The notes below the pieces were generated by a model. The model did not search any database. It was given only the letters and a program-made list of their open reading frames with translations, and had not been told where the DNA came from. A program made the translations under genes and the position numbers. Below are positions 1 to 7,847 of a stretch of 64,000 nt of DNA, in pieces (position 1 is the first letter of the stretch; each line of letters begins with the position of its first letter). Source of the stretch: Polyangiaceae bacterium (GTDB taxonomy: Bacteria > Myxococcota_A > Polyangia > Polyangiales > Polyangiaceae); the NCBI GenBank assembly GCA_044376115.1, contig JBILLK010000006.1, positions 192,001 through 256,000 of the forward strand, read 5' to 3'.

Positions 1-2
1 CG

Positions 3-677
3 CTCGAGCTCGACCGCGGAAACCATGAGGCCGCGTTGCTTGGCGCTCACATCTACCTTGCGTTCTGCGCCCGCGACGCAAGCTCGAGCGACTGTCGGTT
101 CGATGATGCCGAGCGCTTGGCGCGGCTGGCGGTGGACAAGGCGCCCGACTACCGAGAGGCGAAGAACTCGCTCGGCGTGATCCTCGTCCATCAGAAGAAG
201 TACGAGGACGCGATCGCCGTGCTCAAGCCGCTCTCTGAGGACATTCTCTACTCCTCGCCGCAGATGGCGTGGGGCAACCTCGGCTGGGCCTACTTGGAGT
301 CGGAGCAGCTGGATTTGGCGATCGATGCGCTCAGGCGGTCGGTGGCAGCGCAGGCTGCGTTCTGTGTCGGCAACCACCGCCTCGGTCTGGCGTACGAGCG
401 TAAAGGGGATCTCCAGGCTGCGAAGGCCGCGTTCACGCGTGCGCTCGAGACCGAGCGTCCCGAGTGTCAGCGCATTCAGGAGGCTTGGGAGGGCCGGGCA
501 CGCGTGTCCGAGCGGCTAGGGCTGATCGAGGACGCGCGCCGCGACTCAAAGCAGTGCGCAAAGATGTCCAGCGGGTCTCCTTCAGGTGCGCGTTGCGGCA
601 GCCTTTTAGCCTCATTACCGGTTGCCAGCGCTCCTGCGGAGAGCACTGAAGCCGGGCCTCCCGCTGAGGGTAGCTGA
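3..677 (+). CDS. tgl: TPR-repeat protein, Tgl/PilF-like type IV pilus pilotin (5' truncated by window edge)
   Basis: Tandem TPRs (EAKNSLGVIL, AWGNLGWAY, GNHRLGLAY), 'LYSSPQMAWGNLG' PilF/Tgl-type motif and many Cys. Frame is open to the window start. Lies before a rodZ-like gene, the usual pilF context. Confidence 0.7.
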   Translation, partial: LELDRGNHEAALLGAHIYLAFCARDASSSDCRFDDAERLARLAVDKAPDYREAKNSLGVILVHQKKYEDAIAVLKPLSEDILYSSPQMAWGNLGWAYLESEQLDLAIDALRRSVAAQAAFCVGNHRLGLAYERKGDLQAAKAAFTRALETERPECQRIQEAWEGRARVSERLGLIEDARRDSKQCAKMSSGSPSGARCGSLLASLPVASAPAESTEAGPPAEGS

Positions 678-717
678 GCTGCCGCGAGTCTTCGAAGGGG
701 CCGACATCCCACCCCTT

Positions 718-761
718 CATAAAAAATAAATAATTGTCAAGAGCGAAAGCTCCTCCAAGAT
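718..761 (+). promoter_or_regulatory. AT-rich tract (UP-like) with possible sigma70-type promoter upstream of the rodZ-like gene
   Basis: CATAAAAAATAAATAAT in a GC-rich background, then TTGTCA (734-739)-N16-CAAGAT (756-761). Confidence 0.35.
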
Positions 762-834
762 CCGCTACCAACAGTTCGGTCGCGCCAGCTCCCCTCGGTT
801 TTTCGAGAGTCTGGTGGGACCCGCAGTTGGAACG

Positions 835-1275
835 ATGGAGTCGATTGGCCGTTACCTGAAGGGCATGCGAGAAGCCCGTGGAATGAGCGTCGAAGAGATC
901 GCTCGGGCCACGCGTATTCCGATCTCCTCCATCGAGCGGGTCGAGGGCGACCACTTCGATGATCTTCCCGGTGAAGTCTTCGTTCGAGGTTTCTTGCGGG
1001 CGTACGCTCGGGCGGTGCAAGCCCCGGTGGACGAGGTTTTGGCGCGTTACACCTCCAGCCGGCGCGTCGCAGCTGTCACTCCGCTTCCTCTCTCCATGCC
1101 GGAAGGGCGCAGGCCGTCTGGGCGTCGGGTCGGCGTTGCCATCGCGTTCGTCCTCCTGCTGATCCTGTTCACCGTCGCTGTGAGCATCGTCATGCGGCCC
1201 CGGCGTCAAGGCGCGCCCCGTGAGCTTTCTCAGCTCACGCCGTCCAGCCTGATTCAACCGCATAGCCACGGGTGA
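835..1275 (+). CDS. RodZ-like HTH_25 membrane protein (short form)
   Basis: SIGRYLKGMREARGMSVEEIARATRI...LPGEVFVRGFLRAYA RodZ HTH signature followed by one TM helix. Confidence 0.8.
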   Translation: MESIGRYLKGMREARGMSVEEIARATRIPISSIERVEGDHFDDLPGEVFVRGFLRAYARAVQAPVDEVLARYTSSRRVAAVTPLPLSMPEGRRPSGRRVGVAIAFVLLLILFTVAVSIVMRPRRQGAPRELSQLTPSSLIQPHSHG

Positions 1276-1997
1276 GCCCGGTTCGGAGCCGCCGTCTGTT
1301 CGAGACGGTGGAGACGCGGGCGCTCATCCTTGGTCGCGTACCCGTCGGCGACGCGGACCTCCTTCTGCAACTGCTTACCGAAGAGCGCGGCTTGCTCTCG
1401 GTTTCCGCCCGCTCGGCGCGTCGTGCCCGTTCGGCTTTTGGCGTGCTCGAGCCGGTGCACACGTTGTTCGTGCGGCTGGCGCTCTCGGAGGGTAGGGACG
1501 TCGCGAACCTGCGGGAGTCGCGAGTCGAGCGGCCGCGGATCGCGATCCTCGACGACGAGCAACGGCTCAACTCGGCGTTGCACCTGCTCCGCTTCGTGCG
1601 AACGGCGGTACAACCAGGCGCTCGCGATCCTGGGCTGTTTGCGGTGGTGGAGGCGGCGCTCGAGCTCTTGGCGTCGGCGGAGGACGTCCGTCGAGCGCTG
1701 CTTTTTTCGAGCTTTCAAGTGATCGGGGAGCTGGGTTATTCGCTCGAACTCGGCGCCTGCGTCCGCTGTGGCAAAGTCTGCGGCAGTGACTCGGCTTCGT
1801 TGCTTGACCCTTCGCGCGGTGGCCTCGTCTGTCGCGCTTGCGGTGGTGGGCCCATCTTCCTTTCCGCGTCCGAACGAAGGCACACGCTCGCGTTGATTGA
1901 GAGCGCCGACGTCAACTTGGAGGAGTCGCTGATGGACAAGCTGTTCGACGCGCTCGACACCCTCGCCAAGGGCTACCTCTCGACGAATCGGCGTTAG
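1272..1997 (+). CDS. recO: DNA repair protein RecO
   Basis: N-terminal OB fold (ALILGRVPVGDADLLLQLLTEERG) and Zn-finger CVRCG...CRACG; GTGA overlap with the upstream gene. Confidence 0.9.
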   Translation: MSPVRSRRLFETVETRALILGRVPVGDADLLLQLLTEERGLLSVSARSARRARSAFGVLEPVHTLFVRLALSEGRDVANLRESRVERPRIAILDDEQRLNSALHLLRFVRTAVQPGARDPGLFAVVEAALELLASAEDVRRALLFSSFQVIGELGYSLELGACVRCGKVCGSDSASLLDPSRGGLVCRACGGGPIFLSASERRHTLALIESADVNLEESLMDKLFDALDTLAKGYLSTNRR

Positions 1998-3151
1998 GCA
2001 ACTCGCGTCGCCACGCTTACACGAAGCAACGCAAGGTCCTCGGCTGCGAGCGCCGTCTCGATCACGTTAGGGTCGAAGCGCTTCCCCTCCAACCAGTGGA
2101 TCGCGAGGCTCAAGAGTACCCGCCGGAGTTCGGGCGTCACGCTCGGGTACCAGGTCGGACTGGCCAGGACCAGCAGCCGCCAAGCGCAAAACGGTGCCAT
2201 CCGCTCGAACACGAGCGGGTCGCTCGAATGGGCGAAGTACTCGGCAAAGAAGGTCTTCCACAAGGTCCCGAAGCCCGCCGGCCAGGCTTCTGGGAAGCGT
2301 AAGCCGCCGAACAGGTAGTTGACCGCCAACGCCGAAAGGTCGTCGGCTGCGTCGCCGACTCCGCCGCGGCTCGCGTCCAGCGCAGTGAACTCGGTGCCTT
2401 CGCGAAAGAGCAGGTTGTAAGGGTGGAAGTCACCGTGCGTGCGGCAAAGAGGTGGCTGTTCAACCCGCCCGAGTCGCCAGCGCCAACGCAAAGCGAGCTC
2501 CTCGATTTGGGCCAGCAGATCGGCGTCGGCAAAGTCGCGCGGATAGCTGTCCACGATGCCGAAGATTCCCTCGCCGCTGCCGAGCAAATCGCGGACTGCG
2601 CGCTGATAAAGTTCTCGGCTGTTTGGGCCTCGGTGCGGGGCGTGGAGTTGTGCGAGATGGCGCGCTAGGCGAGCCGCGCGCTCCAGATCCAGCGTCGAGG
2701 CGGCGAGCCTCGTCTCGAGTTTACGCAGGTCCTCGGCGTAAAGGGTGCCATCGACATAGTTTGTGAGCAGGTAGAACTCGCCGCCCCCCTGCAGCGATAC
2801 GAGTTTGTCACCACACACTGCACCGACCTCGAGCACGCGCAAATGCTCCGGCTGATCCGCAAACGTATCGGCGGCGAGCAAAGTCAAACAGGCGCGATCC
2901 GAACGGCGATCATGTCCGAACCAGTTTGGTGCCTGGGTACGAAACACAGCCGTCTTCTCTTGCCCATGCGCGCGGTAGCGAAGTCGCAGCGGCAGGCCGT
3001 AGCCGATCTGTTTCAGCTCCCCCGCTGCGCGGTCGGCGGCGATCGGCTCGACGCGAAGCTCTTCAACGCGAGCGGCCTCGCGGCGCTCAATCATCTCGCG
3101 CAGCGACTCCATCAAAACGACGTCGCGCTCGTCCCTTTTCGATGGGGTCAT
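1994..3151 (-). CDS. Aminoglycoside/choline phosphotransferase (APH-like kinase) family protein
   Basis: Brenner motif HGDFHPYNLLF, metal-binding LD, 'GDAADDL'. Confidence 0.75.
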   Translation of the reverse strand: MTPSKRDERDVVLMESLREMIERREAARVEELRVEPIAADRAAGELKQIGYGLPLRLRYRAHGQEKTAVFRTQAPNWFGHDRRSDRACLTLLAADTFADQPEHLRVLEVGAVCGDKLVSLQGGGEFYLLTNYVDGTLYAEDLRKLETRLAASTLDLERAARLARHLAQLHAPHRGPNSRELYQRAVRDLLGSGEGIFGIVDSYPRDFADADLLAQIEELALRWRWRLGRVEQPPLCRTHGDFHPYNLLFREGTEFTALDASRGGVGDAADDLSALAVNYLFGGLRFPEAWPAGFGTLWKTFFAEYFAHSSDPLVFERMAPFCAWRLLVLASPTWYPSVTPELRRVLLSLAIHWLEGKRFDPNVIETALAAEDLALLRVSVATRVA

Positions 3152-3669
3152 GACGCCACCCGCATCACGCGGTCGACGATGCGAGCGATGCCGGCGAGAT
3201 CGTGACCACCGTTGGCCACCAGGTCCGGCGCCGGCGGTGCCTCGAAGGCTTCGCCGGGGAAGTCTTCGATCTCGCCTTGGCGGGCACGTTGATACAGCCC
3301 CTTGCTATCGCGCTGTTCGCATTCGCGCGCGGCCGTGTCGACCAAGACCTCCAAGAAGGAACCTGCAAGCTCACGGGCGATCCCGCGGTACTCCAACTTG
3401 TGGGCGGTCGCAGGAACGAGCACGATGTGCCCTTGTCGACACAGCAACGCGGCCAGTCGCGCTAACGTTGTGTAGAACGCCATACGCGCCTCGGGTGAAT
3501 AACCGTGGGGCGGCACGATAGCGGCCCGCACCTCATCGCCGTCGAGCGCAACGCAGCTATGTCCGCGGCGAATCAGCTCGCGTCGCACGGCCTCCGCCAG
3601 CGTGCTCTTTCCAGCGGATGGCAAGCCGGTGAACCAAACTACGACTCCGTGGGGTTGGGCTACAGTCAT
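3148..3669 (-). CDS. cysC: Adenylyl-sulfate kinase family protein
   Basis: VWFTGLPSAGKST P-loop, LDGDEVR, RDSKGLY, FEAPPAPDL. Confidence 0.8.
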   Translation of the reverse strand: MTVAQPHGVVVWFTGLPSAGKSTLAEAVRRELIRRGHSCVALDGDEVRAAIVPPHGYSPEARMAFYTTLARLAALLCRQGHIVLVPATAHKLEYRGIARELAGSFLEVLVDTAARECEQRDSKGLYQRARQGEIEDFPGEAFEAPPAPDLVANGGHDLAGIARIVDRVMRVAS

Positions 3670-3831
3670 ATCGCGAGCTGTCAGGGAGCAAGCTTCAGGC
3701 CACGAGTTCGCAGCCTTTCCGCGGGGCGAGGCCGTGCAAACCGTTCGCGAAAACGCAGAAACTTCGCAAGAACGAAGAAACGGCCGTCACAGGCAGCGTA
3801 TCCGCGAGAAGGCTCAGGCATACTTCCTAAC

Positions 3832-4869
3832 ATGCGAGGCCTTTTGCCTTTTGCGCTGGTAGCGGCGGCGTGTAGCGCGAACTCATCGACGGGGCTTGCG
3901 GACGGCGGGGCTGGCGGCGCAGCCCAAGGAGGGGCCGGCGGGGCCGGCGGCGTTGGTGGAGGGCCTCCCGGGCACATCACCTACAGCGTCGAGGATGAGG
4001 TCTTTCGCATCGAGGCTGTGGTGGGTGCGACGCCAGAGAACGTCAGCGAAGCTCTCGGCCGCTTCGGTCGCGGCGGTGACACCTGGTTGATGCCTTCACG
4101 CAACGGCGAGCACTTGGCGCTCGTAACTTCCAAGACAGAATGTTCAAACAGCTCATGTTTGGCGGTCACTGACGCAGCGTTCTCATTTCTGGCGACGGTG
4201 CGGCCTGGCGGTACTGAGGTCTCCGTCCTCGGCGCGTCCGCGATCAACAACGCCGGCGACACCGTGGTGTATCCAGGGACTGGAGGTCCCCACGACGTCG
4301 ATCTGTTCCTTACGACCAAGAGCGACGACGTTTGGAGTGAGCCGGTGCTGCTAACCGGCGATTCCACCTTCCCGTTCAACAACACAGCGTCGATCACCTT
4401 CGATGAGACGCGCGTGCTGTTTGAGTGCGGGTTCGACCTTTATCCCGACGGTCCTGCGCCGGAGTCCGAGGGGACTGCGGCGTGTGAAGTGAAGCTTGAC
4501 GGCTCGGGCTTCCGCGTTGTCGTCGACGCTATGGCGTCGCCCGATGCAGGGACGGTTTTTCTCCAGTTCCCCCATGATTCGTTGGATGGCGTGCTGTTCC
4601 AAGGCAGTTGGCCGATCGATGGTGAAACGACGCAGTCGATTTGGCTGATGCCGCCCGAGGGGGAGCCGCTACCCGCGTCAATGGCGTTGGGGCGAGCGAG
4701 CTCGCCGTGCGGACTCAACAATGGTCGCTTTGGCGCCCTATGGCTCGACGGCCCGGACAACCTCGATGGGCGCCGGGAGTTGACGTTGATCGAGCGCGAC
4801 GGAACGGTGGCGGGCGTATTGACGCCCGGCGTGAGTGTTTACGGCGCTGCCATCGGCTGCTCCGACTAG
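3832..4869 (+). CDS. Lipoprotein with Gly-rich linker and TolB/WD40-like beta-propeller region
   Basis: Lipobox (LVAAAC) and GGAGG linker, then repeated beta-rich blades. Confidence 0.6.
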   Translation: MRGLLPFALVAAACSANSSTGLADGGAGGAAQGGAGGAGGVGGGPPGHITYSVEDEVFRIEAVVGATPENVSEALGRFGRGGDTWLMPSRNGEHLALVTSKTECSNSSCLAVTDAAFSFLATVRPGGTEVSVLGASAINNAGDTVVYPGTGGPHDVDLFLTTKSDDVWSEPVLLTGDSTFPFNNTASITFDETRVLFECGFDLYPDGPAPESEGTAACEVKLDGSGFRVVVDAMASPDAGTVFLQFPHDSLDGVLFQGSWPIDGETTQSIWLMPPEGEPLPASMALGRASSPCGLNNGRFGALWLDGPDNLDGRRELTLIERDGTVAGVLTPGVSVYGAAIGCSD

Positions 4870-4873
4870 CGCC

Positions 4874-5626
4874 TCAGCCGCGCTCGAAGCCCTTCTCGTC
4901 GGCCGTGCCGAGCAGTCGGTCCCACCAGACGAACGTCGGAGCGTAGTTGCAGGTGAATCGTTCGTGATGGCGGTCGTGAAACCGCGCTCCACCGAGGATG
5001 GGGATGAAGCGACTCGGCCGCCACGGAAAGTGGTAACCGATGTGCACGCTGATGGCCTGCCACTGACGCACCGCCACCCAAATCAGGAGCGTGAATAGAT
5101 GCGGTCGCACGATGATGACCGCCAGCAGCGTGCCGAAGCCGGTGAATAGCGTCTCGAGTGGATGGGCATAGTTTGCGGCAGGCCCAAACGGCGTGACGTA
5201 CTTGTGGTGAATGTGGTGGATGGTCTTGTAGGCCCATTTCCCGTGCAGAGCGCGATGAGCGAAGTAGTGCCACGCGTCCTCGATCACGAAGGAGATGGCC
5301 AGCGTCAAAAGGATGGAGAGCACGCCTGGTAAGGGCGCATCTTTGGCGATCCCGAGCGCGGCAAACACCGGGAATGCACCGATCGTGAGCGGGATCTCAC
5401 TCGTCAACTTGTGAAAGAAGATGTGCCGAATACAGTGCATCCACTCACCAGCCGAGTTGCTCTTGCGAGGCTGGAGCTTGTGCTTTTTGAGTGAAGCGTT
5501 GGTCTCGATGCGCCACGAAACGAAGGCGCCAATCAAGAACGAAACCGTCACCACCACGGTAGACGACAGCCCGAACAGCACGAAGTCGGAGCGACCGGCT
5601 ACAAGGGACTGCCACAGCTCGTTCAT
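4874..5626 (-). CDS. Sterol desaturase / fatty acid hydroxylase family, ERG25/SMO (sterol C4-methyl oxidase)-like
   Basis: His boxes HRALH, HHIHH, HDRHH; EDAWHYFAHR, PFGPAANYAHPLE, NYAPTFVWWDRLLGT. Confidence 0.85.
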   Translation of the reverse strand: MNELWQSLVAGRSDFVLFGLSSTVVVTVSFLIGAFVSWRIETNASLKKHKLQPRKSNSAGEWMHCIRHIFFHKLTSEIPLTIGAFPVFAALGIAKDAPLPGVLSILLTLAISFVIEDAWHYFAHRALHGKWAYKTIHHIHHKYVTPFGPAANYAHPLETLFTGFGTLLAVIIVRPHLFTLLIWVAVRQWQAISVHIGYHFPWRPSRFIPILGGARFHDRHHERFTCNYAPTFVWWDRLLGTADEKGFERG

Positions 5627-5657
5627 GCGCGTTCTTTCGTGAGCTTTTGCGGAGCTG

Positions 5658-6821
5658 TCAAGTTCCGGACCAATGGCGTTGCTCGGCGACGGTGGTGTTC
5701 GACCGTTGGTAGAGCTCCAAGTACGGGCGCCCAGGCGCGCCCCGGGGAAAGGCGAAGCTACCGGTGTTGGCGTAGCCAGGGTCACAGGCTTCGCGGTGCG
5801 CGTGGCCCATCACCACCAGGTTGGTCGTCGTTGCCGCTCGAATGGCGCTCGCACCCTCGCGCAAACGCTCCGGCACAGAACCACCATAGCGGTCGTGACC
5901 GAGCGCCCACGAGAGCCCCATGGCGAGCCCACCGAGGCCGAGCAACCATTGGGCCTGTTCGCGCTTTCCCGCCGCCAATAGCCCAATCCCGCCCATCAGC
6001 GCGCAGGTCGCTGCGACGCGATCGAGGTAAAGTCGCGACAGCGTTTCGGGCAATGAGGACATCGTTGGGCGGGCCACGAGCGAGAGCAGCGCGCGCAGCG
6101 AGGGGTCGTCGATATGGTCGGCGAAGAAGTCCTGTTCACGGGCGCGGCCGAGCTCTTGGTCACTGCTGCCGTTGCGAAAAGGTCCGCTCGAGAGCACCGC
6201 GCGGAAGGCCGTGTCGAAGTATTTGAACACGACGTAAGGGCCACGCCATTTGTACCAAGTGAAGGCCGAAACGAGCAGCTTGAGCGGTGTGCCGTCGTTG
6301 GCGTTGAGGTAGCGAAAGGCGCCGGTCGGCGCGATGAAGTCCTCCACGAAGCGAACCCCCAGGCTGCGCAGATCGGCCGCCAAAGGGTGATCGGTCGCGT
6401 TGTCGGGATCGAAGAGATGACCATGTTCGAAGTGCACGCCCTGGTCGCGCAGGAACCACGGGCTTGCGCGAAGCCGCGTGCGCGCCTCCGGCGTGAGCGC
6501 GAGCGCCGTTCCTACCATCTCTTGGGCACCGATCTCAGCCAGGGCCGAGTCGTGATTGCCTGCGAGTAGCCAGAGTTCACCGGCTTGTTCGAGGTGTTGG
6601 CGCAAACAAACTCTGACCTCAGGCAGCGCCTCAAACGCGCGGCGAAGCGCCTCCTGCTTCGAAGTCCCCGGATGGTCGGCCGAAAGATCGAAGAGGTCCC
6701 CGGCGATCACCACGCGCGAGCCTGCGTTGGCCCTAACCAAGGAGATAAAGTCGTTGACCACCGCGCGTGGGGTCTCTTTGACCAAATGCAGGTCTCCGAC
6801 GGCAATCGTTCGGGGAAACAT
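5658..6821 (-). CDS. Calcineurin-like metallophosphoesterase
   Basis: GDLH, GDLFD, GNHD, EHGH, GHAH, NTGSF motifs. Confidence 0.85.
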   Translation of the reverse strand: MFPRTIAVGDLHLVKETPRAVVNDFISLVRANAGSRVVIAGDLFDLSADHPGTSKQEALRRAFEALPEVRVCLRQHLEQAGELWLLAGNHDSALAEIGAQEMVGTALALTPEARTRLRASPWFLRDQGVHFEHGHLFDPDNATDHPLAADLRSLGVRFVEDFIAPTGAFRYLNANDGTPLKLLVSAFTWYKWRGPYVVFKYFDTAFRAVLSSGPFRNGSSDQELGRAREQDFFADHIDDPSLRALLSLVARPTMSSLPETLSRLYLDRVAATCALMGGIGLLAAGKREQAQWLLGLGGLAMGLSWALGHDRYGGSVPERLREGASAIRAATTTNLVVMGHAHREACDPGYANTGSFAFPRGAPGRPYLELYQRSNTTVAEQRHWSGT

Positions 6822-6910
6822 CGGCCTGCATCACGCCTCGTGCACGAGTTGAGCGCAAGTACGAAGCGTCAACGTGACTGAGTGGTCAAGGGATGGCATA
6901 GACTCGTTCT

Positions 6911-7792
6911 GTGTCTACCGCCATCCTGCTGACTTTCCACGGTACCGTTGCCCACCTTGATGAACTGCCCGCCTTCCTTTTGCGGATACGGAGGGGCCGG
7001 CCGGTCCCGCCAGAACTCCTCGAGGAGGTACGCCATCGCTATGAGTTGATCGGTGGCTCGCCGCTCTTGGCCATCACCGAGAGACAGGCCGCCGCGCTGG
7101 AGGCCGAGCTCGGTCTTCCGGTACGCGTCGCGGCGCGGCTATGGGCGCCGGAGATTCCCGAGGTGCTCGCGCGCATGAAGGCCGAAGGCATCCAAAGAGT
7201 CGTCAGCTTGCCGCTCGCGCCGCAGTCGGTCTCGCTCTACCACGCCTCTGTGAAAGAGGCCGCGCAGCCGCTCGGTCTGGAGGTCGCAGAGGTTCCGGCG
7301 TACGGACTTTACGATGAGCTTCTGGCGGCGTTTGAGGGCACCGTCAACCAGGCGATCGAAGCCGCCGAGTGTCCGAGTTCGGAGGTCGACGTGGTGCTCT
7401 CGGCGCACTCGCTGCCGATGCGCGTGATTCGCAGCGGGGACGCCTACGAGACCGAATTCCGCGAGATGGCCGACGCGGTGGCGGCTCGACTAGCGACCAA
7501 AGTGCGCTCCGTTTCGATCGCCTTTCAAAGCCAAGGAGCATCGAACGAGCCGTGGCTCGGGCCCGACCTAAACGCGACCTTCAGCAGCTTGCGCGCTGGC
7601 GGCTCGAGTCACGTTTTGATCGCCCCCATCGGCTTCGTCGCCGAGCACGTGGAGACGCTCTACGATCTCGACGTCGAAGCAAAGAAGCTGGCGCTGGAGG
7701 CTGGATTCGCGCGTTACTCTCGCGCAAAAGCGCTCGGTGAAGCGGAGGGTTTCACCAAGGCCCTCGCGCGCGCCGCCCGCACCTGTTTGTGA
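6911..7792 (+). CDS. hemH: Ferrochelatase
   Basis: YELIGGSPL, LPLAPQ, SAHSLP, FQSQG..WLGP, PIGFVAEHVETLYDLD. Confidence 0.95.
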   Translation: MSTAILLTFHGTVAHLDELPAFLLRIRRGRPVPPELLEEVRHRYELIGGSPLLAITERQAAALEAELGLPVRVAARLWAPEIPEVLARMKAEGIQRVVSLPLAPQSVSLYHASVKEAAQPLGLEVAEVPAYGLYDELLAAFEGTVNQAIEAAECPSSEVDVVLSAHSLPMRVIRSGDAYETEFREMADAVAARLATKVRSVSIAFQSQGASNEPWLGPDLNATFSSLRAGGSSHVLIAPIGFVAEHVETLYDLDVEAKKLALEAGFARYSRAKALGEAEGFTKALARAARTCL

Positions 7793-7847
7793 GCGCCGTT
7801 GCCTCTTCGCATGCCACCGACCTCTCGCTCTTCCTGGGACCTACGCA

